Assembly (NCBI GenBank): GCA_050485485.1
Contig: JBJHBM010000001.1
Coordinates: forward strand, 114,916 to 178,915
Reading direction: 5' to 3'
Length of the DNA: 64,000 nucleotides
From: Alphaproteobacteria bacterium
Lineage (GTDB): Bacteria > Pseudomonadota > Alphaproteobacteria > SMXQ01
The translations under genes and the position numbers were made by a program. Shown in pieces: positions 1 through 7,922 of this stretch. Below the pieces are notes generated by a model. The model ran no database searches, was not told the DNA's origin, and saw only the letters and a program-made list of their open reading frames with translations. Positions within the stretch are counted from its first letter, which is position 1. Each line of letters starts with the position of its first letter.

Positions 1-123
1 TCCTCGAGCTTGCGGATCTGCAGGCCCAGCGCCGGTTGGGCCACGTGCAGATAGGCCGCGGCCTTGGAGAAGCTGCGGAGCTCGACGATGCGCAGGAAGT
101 AGCGAAGCTGGCGGATAGTCATT
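1..123 (-). CDS. LysR-family transcriptional regulator, N-terminal HTH part; the gene continues beyond the window start
   Basis: The reverse complement of 1..123 reads [40 protein letters not shown], a typical LysR HTH start. It is divergent from the aldehyde dehydrogenase gene. Confidence 0.7.
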
Positions 124-276
124 TTTCGCCCGCACTCTAGCCTGACTATAACGATAATGTCTATCTGGGCCATTGGTGATCGGGACTCGAAATCGCCTCC
201 GAATGCGGGGACAATGCCGCCAATCAATGCGCTCCGCCGCCGTGGGCGATGCCGGGGCATCGGAAGGGAGAACGGC

Positions 277-1758
277 ATGGCATCCGACACCACCACTCTC
301 AGCAACGAGCGACCGCCGGTTCATGCCGGCCTCCTGATCGAGGGCGCCTGGACGGAGGGTTCGGAACGGATGGACGTGCGCAATCCGGCCCATCCCTCAG
401 AACTGGTCGGCACTGCGGTCCGCGCCACGGAGGCGGACGTGGATGCCGCCGTGGCGGCCGCCAAGGCGGCGCAGCCCGCCTGGGCGGCGAAGGGCTACCG
501 GGCTCGTGCCGCCGTCATCGCCGAGGCCCTCAAGCGGCTCGAGACCGACATCGACGCGCGCGCGCTGCTCTATAGCCGCGAGAATGGCAAGACCCTGGCC
601 GAGGCCAAGGGCGAGCTGATGAGCGTGTTCATGCGCCAGCGCCTCACGCTGGAGCTGGTGGACGAGATCGAGCAGGAGCGGGTGCTGACCGACGACAACG
701 GCCGCACCTTCGTGACCCATATCCCCTACGGTGTGGTGGTTTCCATCGTGCCCTGGAACGCGCCAGTGCCGCTCGCCTTCATGCAAATCGTTCCGGCGCT
801 GCTGGCCGGCAACGCGGTGATCGTGAAACCGCCGGAGACCTGCCCGCTCGCGCTCACCCGCAGCGTCGAGATGATCGCCGACCTGTTCCCGCCGGGACTC
901 CTCGGCCTTGTCACGGGCCTGCCGGCGGAGATCGGCGACCGCCTCACCGGCCATCCCGATGTCGGCAAGGTGGCCTTCACGGGCTCGATCCCGTCGGCGC
1001 GCCACATCGCGGCCAACGCGGCCCAGACCATCAAGGGCATCACGCTGGAGCTCGGCGGCAACGACCCGGCGATCCTGCTCGACGACGTGGACCTGTCGGA
1101 CAAAACCATGAACCAGATGGCCTCGGTGGTGTTCCGCATGTCGGGCCAGGTCTGCATGGCGATCAAGCGGGTCTACGTGCCGTCCCGGATCAAGGATCGC
1201 TTTGTGGACGCCTTCGCCAAGGCCGCCGACAAGGTGGTGGTGGGCGATGGCATCCGGCCCAAGGTCACGATGGGTCCGCTGCATCAGGAGAAGGGGCTGC
1301 TGCGCGGACGCAACCTCGTGGAGGACGCGGAGACGCGCGGCGCGAGCGTGCTCAGGCTCGGCAGGATCGACGACATGGAGACCTTCCGGGAAGGTTATTT
1401 CATGCAGCCGACCATCGTCATGGACATTCCCGACGACGCGCCGCTGATGACGGAGGAGCAGTTCTGCCCGGCGCTGCCGGTTGCCGTCTACGACGACCTC
1501 GACGAGGCGGTCGCGCGCGCCAACGGCACCGTCTACGGCCTCGGCGGCTCGGTATGGAGCAAGGACGTGGACCGTGCCCTCGCGGTCGCGCGCCGCGTCG
1601 AATCGGGCACGGTTTGGGTCAACACCCACGGCACCCAGGCCATCAACCGGCGCGCGCCCTACGGCGGCATCAAGCAGTCCGGCATCGGGCGGCGCGCGGG
1701 GGTCGAGGGGATGCACGAGTACCTGCAGCTCCAGACCATCACCAGCTACGAGGCCTGA
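277..1758 (+). CDS. NAD(P)-dependent aldehyde dehydrogenase
   Basis: The ORF 157..1758 has an internal ATG at 277 preceded by GGAAGGGAG. The protein MASDTTT... (493 aa) has the ALDH family length. It carries ALDH signatures including [10 protein letters not shown], the catalytic Cys region (GQVCMA) and FTGS. Confidence 0.85.
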   Translation: MASDTTTLSNERPPVHAGLLIEGAWTEGSERMDVRNPAHPSELVGTAVRATEADVDAAVAAAKAAQPAWAAKGYRARAAVIAEALKRLETDIDARALLYSRENGKTLAEAKGELMSVFMRQRLTLELVDEIEQERVLTDDNGRTFVTHIPYGVVVSIVPWNAPVPLAFMQIVPALLAGNAVIVKPPETCPLALTRSVEMIADLFPPGLLGLVTGLPAEIGDRLTGHPDVGKVAFTGSIPSARHIAANAAQTIKGITLELGGNDPAILLDDVDLSDKTMNQMASVVFRMSGQVCMAIKRVYVPSRIKDRFVDAFAKAADKVVVGDGIRPKVTMGPLHQEKGLLRGRNLVEDAETRGASVLRLGRIDDMETFREGYFMQPTIVMDIPDDAPLMTEEQFCPALPVAVYDDLDEAVARANGTVYGLGGSVWSKDVDRALAVARRVESGTVWVNTHGTQAINRRAPYGGIKQSGIGRRAGVEGMHEYLQLQTITSYEA

Positions 1759-1849
1759 CCGCGCGTCGGGAGACTTGGAGTACGGCGAGAAGCTCTCAAG
1801 GGCCACGCCAGGAACCGCCCCGCGCCGCGGGGCCCAACAGGAGAGGTCA

Positions 1850-2941
1850 ATGAAGACGTCACGCATCATGGGAGCAATGGCGGCGGCCGGGCTCGCCGGG
1901 GCCGTCCTGGCCACGGGCGACGCGCGCGCCGACGCGGTGGCAGATTTCTACAAGGGCAAGACCGTCACCATCTTGATCGGCTACGACACGGGCGGCGGCT
2001 ACGACCAGTACGCGCGCGTGCTCGCGCGTCATTACGACCGCCATATTCCGGGCCGTCCCAGCGTGGTGCCGCGCAACATGACCGGCGCCGGCTCCATCGT
2101 CGCTGCCAACGCGGTCTATAACTCGCTGCCTCAGGATGGCACCAACATCGCCGCGGTCGGCCGTGGCATCGCCATGGAACCGTTGTTCGGCCGCCAGGGG
2201 CCGCAGTTCGAGGGCACCAAGATCAACTGGATCGGTTCCATGAACAACGAGGTCTCGGTGTGCGTCGTGTGGCACGAGGCCAAGGCGCCGCGCATCCAGG
2301 ACGCGATGACGAAGGAGCTGATCATCGGTGGCACCGCACAGGGTTCTGACGGGGTCGATTTCCCGATCATCCTCAACAACGTTCTCGGCACCAAGTTCCG
2401 GCTGATCACGGGCTACCCCGGCGGCTCGTCGCAGATGCTCGCGATGGAGCGGCGCGAGATCGACGGCCGCTGCGGCTGGTCGTGGTCCTCGATCAAGGCG
2501 ACCCGGCCCAACTGGATCCGTGACAAGCAGATCGACGTGACCCTCCAGATCGCGCTCAAGGGCGATCCCGACCTCGACAAGCAGGGCGTGCCGCTGGTCA
2601 TGAACCTCGCCAAGGACGACCGCGACCGCCAGATCCTGCGCCTGATCTTCGCGCGCCAGACCATGGGCCGGCCGTTCATGGCGGGACCAGGCGTGCCGGC
2701 CGAGCGCGTCGCCGCGCTGCGCGCCGCCTTCGACGCCACCATGAAGGACCCGGCGTTTCTGGCGGACGCGGAGAAGGGCAAGATGGACATCGACCCGGTT
2801 TCCGGGCAGGAGGTCCAGGACCTCGTGGCCGAGCTCTACAAGACGCCCAAGGAGCTGGTCGAGGAGGCGGCCCGCGCCACGGCGCGCACCGACCGCACCA
2901 CGATCACCGAACGCAAGGCGGATGAGTCCAAGAAGAAGTAG
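1850..2941 (+). CDS. Bug/TctC-family periplasmic solute-binding protein (tripartite tricarboxylate transporter receptor)
   Basis: Start at ATG 1850, preceded by GGAGAGG. Signal peptide MKTSRIMGAMAAAGLAGAVLA. Family signature ADFYKGKTVTILIGYDTGGGYDQYARVLARHY...PGAGS. 364 aa. The C-terminus ends ...ADESKKK. Confidence 0.85.
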   Translation: MKTSRIMGAMAAAGLAGAVLATGDARADAVADFYKGKTVTILIGYDTGGGYDQYARVLARHYDRHIPGRPSVVPRNMTGAGSIVAANAVYNSLPQDGTNIAAVGRGIAMEPLFGRQGPQFEGTKINWIGSMNNEVSVCVVWHEAKAPRIQDAMTKELIIGGTAQGSDGVDFPIILNNVLGTKFRLITGYPGGSSQMLAMERREIDGRCGWSWSSIKATRPNWIRDKQIDVTLQIALKGDPDLDKQGVPLVMNLAKDDRDRQILRLIFARQTMGRPFMAGPGVPAERVAALRAAFDATMKDPAFLADAEKGKMDIDPVSGQEVQDLVAELYKTPKELVEEAARATARTDRTTITERKADESKKK

Positions 2942-2990
2942 CGCCTTTTTCTCCGGCGCCGTCCGCGCGGACGGCGCCGGACGCTGAACC

Positions 2991-3028
2991 GGGGGCCCCA
3001 TCGTCGATGGGGCCCTTTCGGTTTTTTT
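2991..3028 (+). terminator. Rho-independent terminator after the first tctC-like gene
   Basis: GGGGGCCCCATCGTCGATGGGGCCC hairpin followed by TTTCGGTTTTTTT. It is preceded by a second perfect palindrome GGCGCCGTCCGCGCGGACGGCGCC at about 2955..2978. Confidence 0.7.
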
Positions 3029-3333
3029 CGTGATTTCAGGATATTGCCGGGAGGTTTGGAGAAGAAGAAGGAAGATACCCGAGGGCAGATCGTTCGAATT
3101 ATTATGTTTTTGTTTTTCGCCGGGATTTTGGTTATAAGCGGTGCGCCTGCCTCTCATAACCGCGTGCCATGGAGCCGTCCGGGCGGCGGCCCGGATGCGA
3201 ACGATACGTTTTCGCCTTGCACGCCTGCCGGGGCATGTTTGAATTTCGGTCGTGCCGCGCCTCCGCGCGCCGGCCCCAACCCAGGAAAGCCGGATGCAAG
3301 GTCCGGCTGCCGATACTCAGGAGAGAGCTGAAA

Positions 3334-4812
3334 GTGGCGACAGACACAGCATCCGCGAAGAAGGGCGCCTACAAAGAGTACAGCGCGCCGCATCAGGACC
3401 TCCGCGAATGGCTCGATCGCGTGGACAACATGGGCGAACTGCTCAAGATCGACGGGGCCGACTGGAACCTCGAGATCGGCGCCGTCGCCGAGATGGTCTA
3501 TCACGAGACCCCCGACAATCCCCCGGCGCTGCTGTTCGACAACATTCCCGGCTATCCCAAGGGCTTCCGCATCCTGTCGGGCATGACCAACTCGATCAAG
3601 CGGCTGGCGCTGACCCTCGGCTTCCCCGAGCCCAGCGGGGCCATGGACGTGGTGCGCTGGTACCGCGACCGCATGAAGGATTTCGAGCCGATCCCGTCGC
3701 GCTTCGTCAACACCGGCCCGATCCTTGAGAACGTGGACCGCGACGAGGACGTGGACCTGCTCAAGTTCCCGGTGCCGCTGCTCCATGAGCTCGACGGCGG
3801 CCGCTACATCGGCACCGGCGACGTGGTCATCATGAAGGATCCGGACTCCGACTGGGTCAACTGCGGCACCTACCGCGTGATGATCCACGACAAGAACACG
3901 GTCGGCCTGTGGATGAGCCCGGGCAAGCACGGCCGCCTGATCCGCGAGAAGTACTTCAAGCAGGGCAAGCCGTGCCCCGTTGCCATCAGCGTCGGCCACG
4001 ACCCGCTGATGTTCCTCGCTGCCGGCAACGAGATCCAGTACGGCGTCTCCGAGTTCGCCTATGCGGCGGGCCATCGCGGCGCGCCGTTCGACATGATCAA
4101 GTCGGAACTGCATGGCCTGCCGGTGCCGGCCTATGGCGAAATCTGCATCGAGGGCGAGATCGTCCCCGACGACGAGCGGCCCGAGGGCCCGTTCGGCGAA
4201 TGGACCGGGTACTATGCCTCCTCCGTGCGCGAGGACCCTGTGGTGAAGGTCAAGCGCGTCTATTACCGCAACAACCCGATCATCACCATGGCGCGGCCCG
4301 GCCGCCCGCCGTCCGACTACACGCTCTCCAAGAGCGTCATCAAGTCGGCGCTGGTGTGGGACCAGGTCGAGGGCGCGGGCCTGCCCGGCGTGCAGGGCGT
4401 GTGGTGCCACCAGAACGGCGGCGGTCGCCTGTTCAACGTGATCTCGATCAAGAATTCCTACCCGGGCCATTCGCGTCAGGCGGGGCAGCTGTGCTGCAAC
4501 GTCCATGCCGGCAACTACCTGGGCCGCTGGGTGGTCGTGGTGGACGAGGACATCGATCCGTCCAACCTGTGGGACGTGACCTGGGCGATGGCCTCGCGTT
4601 GCGATCCGATCGAGGACATCGACATCACCCGCCGCGCCTGGTCGGGCGCGCTCGATCCGCGCAAGCGGGCGGGCGATAACTTCAACTCCCGCGCGATCGT
4701 CGACGCCTGCCGTCCGTTCGAGTGGAGGAGCGAATTCCCGCCGGTCGCGGAGTCCTCGCCCGAGCTCGCGGCGAAGACCCTCGATAAGTGGAAGCATTTG
4801 CTGAGCAAGTAA
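3334..4812 (+). CDS. UbiD-family (prFMN-dependent) reversible decarboxylase
   Basis: GTG start at 3334 directly after AGGAGAGAG. 492 aa with the UbiD hallmark E-x-P-E-G-P-F-G-E (RPEGPFGEWTGYY) and overall UbiD length. The codons upstream of the GTG are low-GC and rare, so they are judged non-coding. Confidence 0.85.
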   Translation: MATDTASAKKGAYKEYSAPHQDLREWLDRVDNMGELLKIDGADWNLEIGAVAEMVYHETPDNPPALLFDNIPGYPKGFRILSGMTNSIKRLALTLGFPEPSGAMDVVRWYRDRMKDFEPIPSRFVNTGPILENVDRDEDVDLLKFPVPLLHELDGGRYIGTGDVVIMKDPDSDWVNCGTYRVMIHDKNTVGLWMSPGKHGRLIREKYFKQGKPCPVAISVGHDPLMFLAAGNEIQYGVSEFAYAAGHRGAPFDMIKSELHGLPVPAYGEICIEGEIVPDDERPEGPFGEWTGYYASSVREDPVVKVKRVYYRNNPIITMARPGRPPSDYTLSKSVIKSALVWDQVEGAGLPGVQGVWCHQNGGGRLFNVISIKNSYPGHSRQAGQLCCNVHAGNYLGRWVVVVDEDIDPSNLWDVTWAMASRCDPIEDIDITRRAWSGALDPRKRAGDNFNSRAIVDACRPFEWRSEFPPVAESSPELAAKTLDKWKHLLSK

Positions 4813-4821
4813 ACCGTGTCG

Positions 4822-4850
4822 GCAAGGGCGCCCCGCAAGGGCGCCCTTGC
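4822..4850 (+). other. Perfect 12-bp-stem hairpin immediately after ubiD (GCAAGGGCGCCC-CGCAA-GGGCGCCCTTGC). It has no U-tract, so it may be an attenuator or an mRNA-stabilising stem-loop.
   Basis: Read directly from the sequence. It overlaps the 5' end of the next ORF. Confidence 0.5.
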
Positions 4851-4926
4851 TCCTTGCGTTCGCGCGTCGCGTCCTGACGCCCCGAGGGGCAGCCCCGGCG
4901 GCGCCTTTATTGCACCAGGGGAGCTC

Positions 4927-5502
4927 ATGCGCCGCCCCGGCAAACCCCAGCCTTCATTATTCAGGCAGATTTTCGGCCTGCCGTTCTGGGCCTTCGTCGC
5001 GGTCGCGGCGGCGGCCGGCATCGCCACCTGGGAGATCAAGGGACCGGCTCAGGTCGAGGCGGCCCTGCGCGGCGACCTCGACCTGCTCCTGTTCCTGCTG
5101 CCCCGGGTGCTGGGGGGTATGCTGCTCGCGGGACTCGTCCAGGTGGTGCTGCCGCCCGAGGTGGTGTCGCGCTGGGTGGGGGAGAACTCCGGCCTGCGCG
5201 GCCTCGTGATCGCGACCGTGGTGGGCGCACTCACGCCGGGCGGCCCCATGACCTCCTTCCCGATCGTGGTCGCGTTCTACATGTCCGGGGCCGATCGCGG
5301 GGCGCTGGTGGCCTATATCACGGCATGGTCGTTGCTCGGCTTCCAGCGGTTCCTGGTCTGGGAGCTGCCGCTGCTCGGGCCGGAGATCAGCCTGTTCCGC
5401 ATCCTCGTCGTGTTCTGGATGCCGGTTCTGGCCGGCCTGATCGCAAGGCGCCTGCCGTTCGGCCCGGAGACCGTTCCGCCCTCGGAAAGGGAGGGCCGCT
5501 GA
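4927..5502 (+). CDS. Predicted permease, half-size subunit 1 (YraQ/ArsP-like 'predicted permease' fold split into two genes)
   Basis: ATG 4927 after GGGGAG. Multi-TM protein with GGPMTSFPIVVAFYMSGADRGALVAYITAWSLLGFQRFLVWELPLLGPE. This is clearly paralogous to the next gene. Confidence 0.6.
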   Translation: MRRPGKPQPSLFRQIFGLPFWAFVAVAAAAGIATWEIKGPAQVEAALRGDLDLLLFLLPRVLGGMLLAGLVQVVLPPEVVSRWVGENSGLRGLVIATVVGALTPGGPMTSFPIVVAFYMSGADRGALVAYITAWSLLGFQRFLVWELPLLGPEISLFRILVVFWMPVLAGLIARRLPFGPETVPPSEREGR

Positions 5503-5503
5503 C

Positions 5504-6025
5504 GTGGACCTGCCCGCCTTCGACGTTTCGCTGGTGCTGATCTGGGGGCTGGTTGTCGTGCTCGCATACCTCGCGTGGCGGCGCGGCGAAGGCCGGTTGC
5601 AGCGGGGGCTGCGGCGCGGCATCGACATCTTCCTCGTCAACGGCCCGCGCATCGTCGTGGCGCTGCTGGCCGCCGGCTTCGTCGCCTACCTGCTGCCGGA
5701 AGGCGTGATCGCCCAGTGGCTCGGCGCGGAAGCGGGCTGGCGCGGCATCCTGATCGGCTGCCTGGTGGGGCCGTTCTTCCCCGGTGGGCCGCTCGTCATC
5801 TTCCCGGTGCTGGTGGCGCTGCTCAAGGCCGGGGCGGGGGTGCCGGCGGTGTTCGCGTTCCTGACCGCCGCCTCGCTATGGGGCGTGCATCGCATCCTCA
5901 TGTTCGAGCTGCCGATGATGGGGTCGCGCTTCACCGCCAACCGCATGATCTCCTCGCTGCTGCTGCCGCCGCTCGCGGGCTTCGTCACCGGCGCCGCAAT
6001 GCAGGTGCTGGGCATCGCCTCGTAA
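5504..6025 (+). CDS. Predicted permease, half-size subunit 2 (paralog of the preceding gene)
   Basis: GTG start 1 nt after the previous stop. GGPLVIFPVLVALLKAGAGVPAVFAFLTAASLWGVHRILMFELPMMGSR aligns with the subunit-1 motif. Confidence 0.6.
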   Translation: MDLPAFDVSLVLIWGLVVVLAYLAWRRGEGRLQRGLRRGIDIFLVNGPRIVVALLAAGFVAYLLPEGVIAQWLGAEAGWRGILIGCLVGPFFPGGPLVIFPVLVALLKAGAGVPAVFAFLTAASLWGVHRILMFELPMMGSRFTANRMISSLLLPPLAGFVTGAAMQVLGIAS

Positions 6026-6186
6026 GGGCCGATTTTATCTCAAGTCTTTGATCCGATTTGGATTTGGTGCCTTGCCCGGGGCGTCGGGGCCGGTTATCGT
6101 TCCGGTGGAGGCATAACAAGAAAGCCCAAGATATAGCTTCAACAGGGATGGCGGCAAACAGGGCGCCATCCATCCAACGGGAGATA

Positions 6187-7476
6187 ATGATGACGATTCG
6201 CTACAGTTTCGCCGCGCTGGCGGCCGGCGTCCTTGCCGCGGGCTTCCTGATGGCGCCGGCGCCGGCCGCGGCCGACCCCGTGGCCGACTTCTACAAGGGC
6301 AAGCGGATGGAGATGCTGATCGGCTACTCCTCCGGCGGCGGCTACGACACCTACGCGCGCGTGGTCGCGCGCCACTGGCCGCGCCTGATCCCCGCCCAGC
6401 CCACCATGACGCCGCGCAACGTGCCGGGCGCGGGTTCGATGCGGCTGATGAACGAGATGTACAACACCCGGCCCAAGGACGGCACCGCAGTCGCGACCGT
6501 CAGCCGCGGCATCGTCCACGAGGAGTTGTGGGGCAACCAGGGCGTCCAGTTTAGGGCCAACGAGATGCACTGGATCGGCAGCGCCAATAACGAGGTGAGC
6601 GTGTGTGCGTTCTGGAAGACCGCGCCCGCCGCCACCGTCAACGACCTGCTCAACAACGAGCTGGTGGTGGGCGGCACCGGGCCGGGCGCCGACACCGACG
6701 CCTTTCCGCAGGTGATGAACAACGTGTTCGGCAGCAAGCTCAAGCTGGTGACTGGCTACCCCGGCGGCAACGACATCAACTTCGCGATCGAGCGCGGCGA
6801 GGTCCAGGGACGTTGCGGCTGGTCGTGGTCGTCGGTGGTGGCCACGCGCGCCCAGTGGCTGAAGAACAAGGACATCCTGATCCCGATCCAGATGGCGCTG
6901 ACCAAGCACGCGGACCTGGCGGACGTGCCGCTGGTGATGGACCTCGCGCGCAACGAGCGCGAGAAGCAGCTTCTGACCCTGGTGTTCGCGCGCCAGACCA
7001 TGGGGCGTCCGTTCCTCACCACCGATCAAGTGCCGGCCGAGCGCGTCGCGATGCTGCGCAAGACCTTCATGCAGCTGATGGAGGACAAGCAGTTCCTGGC
7101 GGAAACCGAGAAGGCGCGCCTCGAGATCACCCCGGTTTCGGGTGAGGAGGTCCAGCAGCTCGTCTCCAGTCTGTTCCAGTTCCCGAAGGACGTGATCGAA
7201 GCCTCCAGGCTCGCCGCCAGCGACGCCGCACGCACCCAGGTGGTGAAGGCGGTGGTGCCGGAGGTGACGGTGACGGCGCGGGTCGCAGCCGTGCAGCGCG
7301 GCGGCGAGCGTGTCCAGTGGCAAGGCGACACCGCCAAGGGCCGCGTCAACCTCGACGGCAAGACCGAGGTGACCGTCGCCGGCAACAAGGCTACGGGCGC
7401 CGACCTGAAGGAAGGCATGACCTGCGACTTCAAGATTCTCGGCGTAGAGACGGCGCTGGCGATCGCCTGCAAGTAA
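6187..7476 (+). CDS. Bug/TctC-family solute-binding protein with an extra ~65-aa C-terminal domain ending ...GMTCDFKILGVETALAIACK
   Basis: ATG 6187 after GGGAG. Signal peptide, then ADFYKGKRMEMLIGYSSGGGYDTYARVVARHW...PGAGS. 430 aa versus ~325 aa for a canonical TctC. The C-terminal domain is homologous to the two small stand-alone proteins at 16622..17462 and to the tail of the TctC at 15031..16275. Confidence 0.8.
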   Translation: MMTIRYSFAALAAGVLAAGFLMAPAPAAADPVADFYKGKRMEMLIGYSSGGGYDTYARVVARHWPRLIPAQPTMTPRNVPGAGSMRLMNEMYNTRPKDGTAVATVSRGIVHEELWGNQGVQFRANEMHWIGSANNEVSVCAFWKTAPAATVNDLLNNELVVGGTGPGADTDAFPQVMNNVFGSKLKLVTGYPGGNDINFAIERGEVQGRCGWSWSSVVATRAQWLKNKDILIPIQMALTKHADLADVPLVMDLARNEREKQLLTLVFARQTMGRPFLTTDQVPAERVAMLRKTFMQLMEDKQFLAETEKARLEITPVSGEEVQQLVSSLFQFPKDVIEASRLAASDAARTQVVKAVVPEVTVTARVAAVQRGGERVQWQGDTAKGRVNLDGKTEVTVAGNKATGADLKEGMTCDFKILGVETALAIACK

Positions 7477-7484
7477 CCGTGTCG

Positions 7485-7521
7485 CGCGGGGCCTTTCCGC
7501 GCTCTCGCGGAAGGGCCCCGC
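7485..7521 (+). other. 16-bp-stem hairpin after the tctC-fusion gene (GCGGGGCCTTTCCGCG-CTCT-CGCGGAAGGGCCCCGC)
   Basis: Read from the sequence. It is preceded by the same CAAGTAA-CCGTGTCG junction found after ubiD. Confidence 0.5.
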
Positions 7522-7922
7522 AATCTTGCCGGGCAGGTACGGGACGGAGCGCGAACATCGCCGCGAAGTGCCAGAAAAGTAACGTTTTCATGGCTTAAAG
7601 CTGTTGCATGTTGGGCGCCTCCCTGCCAAATTTCAAAACGTCGGCGGCCTGCCCGGAGGCTGCCCGGACGATGCGCGCAGCCGCGCGTCGTGCAATCAAG
7701 ATGGCCCATCGCGCGTTTGTTCGGAATGGCGGGCGCGCGATCCGAAGAAGCTCCGGGACGGAGGGGGGCTGCCCTTGAAGCGTCGCGCCGGCTCTCGCGG
7801 GCCGGTCGGACCGGGGATTTTCCCTGGAGAAAGTTGACAATGGCTGGACGCTGGTGCGCGGCCGGCCGAGCAGGAGGATGCGCCTGCCCGGAAGGGGCAG
7901 GCCGTAACGGATAGAGGACTGT

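Noticed and set aside
3030-3046. GGATATTGCCGG upstream of ubiD, resembling the GGATATTGCGCC box of the small-protein promoters
   Set aside because: It lies in the wrong orientation relative to ubiD and there is no matching -35. It is probably a chance match.
397-4797. Long minus-strand ORFs 397..1914, 1859..3157 and 3154..4797, plus the short plus-frame ORFs nested in the aldehyde dehydrogenase, tctC and ubiD genes
   Set aside because: They lie antisense or out of frame relative to genes with strong family signatures. They have no recognisable domains and a skewed R/A/G/P composition.
7477-7922. Searched long intergenic regions for tRNA, sRNA or mobile elements (7477..7922, 22800..23025, 33187..33441 and 45582..45720)
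   Set aside because: No tRNA-like T-arm or anticodon structure was seen. No CRISPR-like direct repeats and no transposase, integrase or IS inverted repeats were recognised anywhere in the window.
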